Shown: positions 61,600 to 64,000 of the stretch, piece after piece | Layout of the letters: each line of letters opens with the position of its first letter | Numbering within the stretch: the first letter of the stretch is position 1 | Assembly (NCBI GenBank): GCA_013265495.1 | Contig: MU058584.1 | Coordinates: 6,724,407 to 6,788,406, forward strand | DNA: 64,000 bases | Origin: Vicugna vicugna | Lineage: Eukaryota | Direction: 5' to 3' | The notes under the pieces: model-generated | Database searches by the model: none | What the model saw: the letters and a program-made list of their open reading frames with translations, nothing else | What the model was told of the DNA's origin: nothing | Program-made: the position numbers and the translations under genes

Positions 61600-63770
61600 T
61601 GAAATAAACAGAACCTAAAGTCAGCAGAAGAAAGGAAATAATAAAGATCAGAGAGAAAATAAATAGAGATTTTAAAAAAATAGAAAAAAATCCATAAAAC
61701 CAAGAGTTTTTTTTTGAAAGAATAAACAAAATCAACAAAATTCTGACCAGGTTCATCAAGAAGAAAGAGAGAGGATTCAAATAAGCAAAATAAGAGGTGA
61801 AAGAGGAGAAATTACAACTGATACCACAGAAATTTTTTAAAAAGACATAAGAAAACATTATAAACAGTTATATGCCAACAAAATGGACAATATAGAAGAA
61901 ATGGAAACATTTCTAGAAACACACAACCTGCCAAAACTGAATCAAGAAGGAACAGATAATTTGAACAGACCAATCACTCAACACGAAATAGAGTAAGTAA
62001 TAGAAAAAAAACACTCTTCAAACAAAAGTCCAGGACCAGACGGCTTTACTGGGGAATTCTACCAAACATACAAAGAAGAACTCATACTGACCCTTCTCAA
62101 ACTCTTCCAAAGGATTGGAGAGGAGGGAATACTCCCAGACTTATTTTATGGAGCCATCATCACCCTGATACCAAAAGCAGACAAAGACACTACCAAAAAA
62201 GAAAATTATAGGGCAACATCTTTGATAAATACAGATGCAAAATCCTCAACAAAATATTAGCAAGCTGAATTCAACAACATGTAAAAAAGATCAGACACTA
62301 TGATCAAGTTGGATCATAAGGATGGTTCAATAGACACAAATCCATCAATATGACACACCACATCAACAAAAGAAAAGACAAAAGCCACATGCTCATCTTA
62401 ATAGATGCATAAAAAGCATTTGATAAAATTTAACATTCATTCATGATAAAATTCTTGCCAAAGTGGGTATAGAGGGAACATGTCTTGTAAAAGCTATTTG
62501 TGACAAACCCACAGCCAACGTGATACCCAGGGGTGAAAAGCTGAAAGCTTTCCTGCTGAATTCTGGAACAAGACAAGGATGCCCTCTCTCACCACTTCTA
62601 GTCAATATAATATTGGAAGTTCTAGTCATAGCAGTCAGAGGAGAAATAAAGAAATAAAAGGAATCCAAATTGGAAGGGAAGAGGTAAAATTGTCACTAAA
62701 TGCAGATGACCTAATAGTCTATATAGAAACCCTAATGACTCCATGCAAAAACTATTAGAACTGATAAATGAATTCAGCAAGGTAACAGGATACAAAATTA
62801 ACATATAGAAATCTGTTGCATTTCTTTACACTAACAATGAAATACTTGAAAAAGAAAGTTTAAAAGTCCCATTTAAAATTGAATTAAAAAAAATCTAAGA
62901 ATAAACCTAACCAAGGAGGTGAAAGACTTATATGCTGAGAAGTATAAAACATTGATAAAGGAAACCAAAGATAATTCAAGGAAATAGAAAGATATCCCAG
63001 GATCCTGTATTGGAAGAATTAATATTGTTAAAATGGCCATACTACCCAAAGCAATCTATAGAATTAATGTGATCCCTATTAAATTACCCAGGACATTTTC
63101 CACAGGGCCAGAACAAATAATCCCAAAATTTATATAGAATCACAAAAGACCCAAAATTGCTAAAGGAATACTAAAGAAAAAGAATAAAGCTGGAGGCATA
63201 AACCTCCAAGACTTCAGACAATACTGCAAAGCTACAGTAATCAAAACAGCATGTTATTGGCAGAAAAACATATATATGGATCAGCAGAAAAGAACAGAGA
63301 GCCCAGAAATAAACCCTTATACCTACATTCAATTAATCTTCAACAAAGAAGGCAAGCATACACAATAGAGAAAAGAAAGTCTCTTCAGCAAGTGGTGTTT
63401 GGAAAGTTGGACAATCACATGTAGATCAATGAGGTTAGAACACTCCCTCACCTCATACACAAACATAAACTCAAAATGGCTTAAAGACTTAAACATAAGA
63501 CAAGACACCACAAACCTCCTAGAAGAGAACATAGGCAAATCATAGCTGTTTTTCTTAGATTAGTCTCCTAAGGCAAAAGAAAGAAAAGAAAAAAATAGAT
63601 AAATGGGACCTAATTAAACTTAAAAGCTTTTGCACAGCAAAGGAAACCATAAACAAGGTAAAAAAATTAGGAGAAAATATTCGCAAAATGATGTGATTGA
63701 CAAGGGCTTAATTTCCAAAATATATAAACAGCACATACAACTCAGTATCAAAAAAACAAACAACCCAAAC
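61600..63770 (+). mobile_element. Degraded L1 ORF2 segment (linker, reverse transcriptase and C-terminal region)
   Basis: [12 protein letters not shown] motif (62463-62657 ORF); aaaagtccaggaccagacggctttactggggaattctaccaaacat; multiple stops and frameshifts. Confidence 0.92.
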
Positions 63771-64000
63771 ATTCACGGTGTTGCACATACACATGGGGGC
63801 ACCCAGCAGTGTCACCCCAAGGTGAATAGAATTCAGGCTTGTCACCCGTTTCGGGCTGTACAAAGGAAAGGGGTTTGGGCTTCTTTTGGAGGAGTTAAGT
63901 TAGGGGAAGGCAGCCAGGAAACCATGGTGAACAGGGGTGTTTAGTGGGGTTTGCTCACTGGGCATTTTCTCTGTAAATGTAACTTTCCTTTGCAGGAGCA
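63771..64000 (-). mobile_element. ERV1-type LTR fragment running off the window edge
   Basis: caaaggaaaggggtttgggcttc...agttagggga resembles the 60218-60754 LTR; L1 homology ends abruptly at 63770. Confidence 0.5.

Overview
Mammalian genomic DNA, most likely camelid: two tRNA-derived Vic-1-type SINEs and camelid-style L1 3' UTRs. Positions 334-49795 (+) hold 19 GT-AG coding exons that splice into one uninterrupted frame of 2526 nt (841 aa plus stop). The protein matches MROH9 (C1orf129, maestro HEAT-like repeat family member 9) as I recall it; the N-terminal exons lie upstream of the window, and an AATAAA signal sits at 50041. The introns carry nested L1s, MIR/L2, hAT, Tigger and MULE-derived DNA transposons, and LTRs. 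Three things downstream of MROH9 are not explained by the ORF track: (1) a minus-strand cluster of four splice-bounded, decayed exon-like segments (about 52.5-54.4 kb) with WSC-domain-like and REJ-like motifs, possibly a polycystin-1-family pseudogene fragment; (2) an orphan CpG island at about 56.4-57.1 kb directly followed by a degenerate TTAGGG/TCAGGG array; (3) a duplicated 48-bp LTR-derived segment carrying DR2 nuclear-receptor sites. Other points of interest are a 302-bp near-perfect tandem duplication inside a young L1, an open acidic frame behind the MROH9 stop, and a MULE transposase remnant. Repeat subfamily names come from memory of consensus sequences, not from a search.
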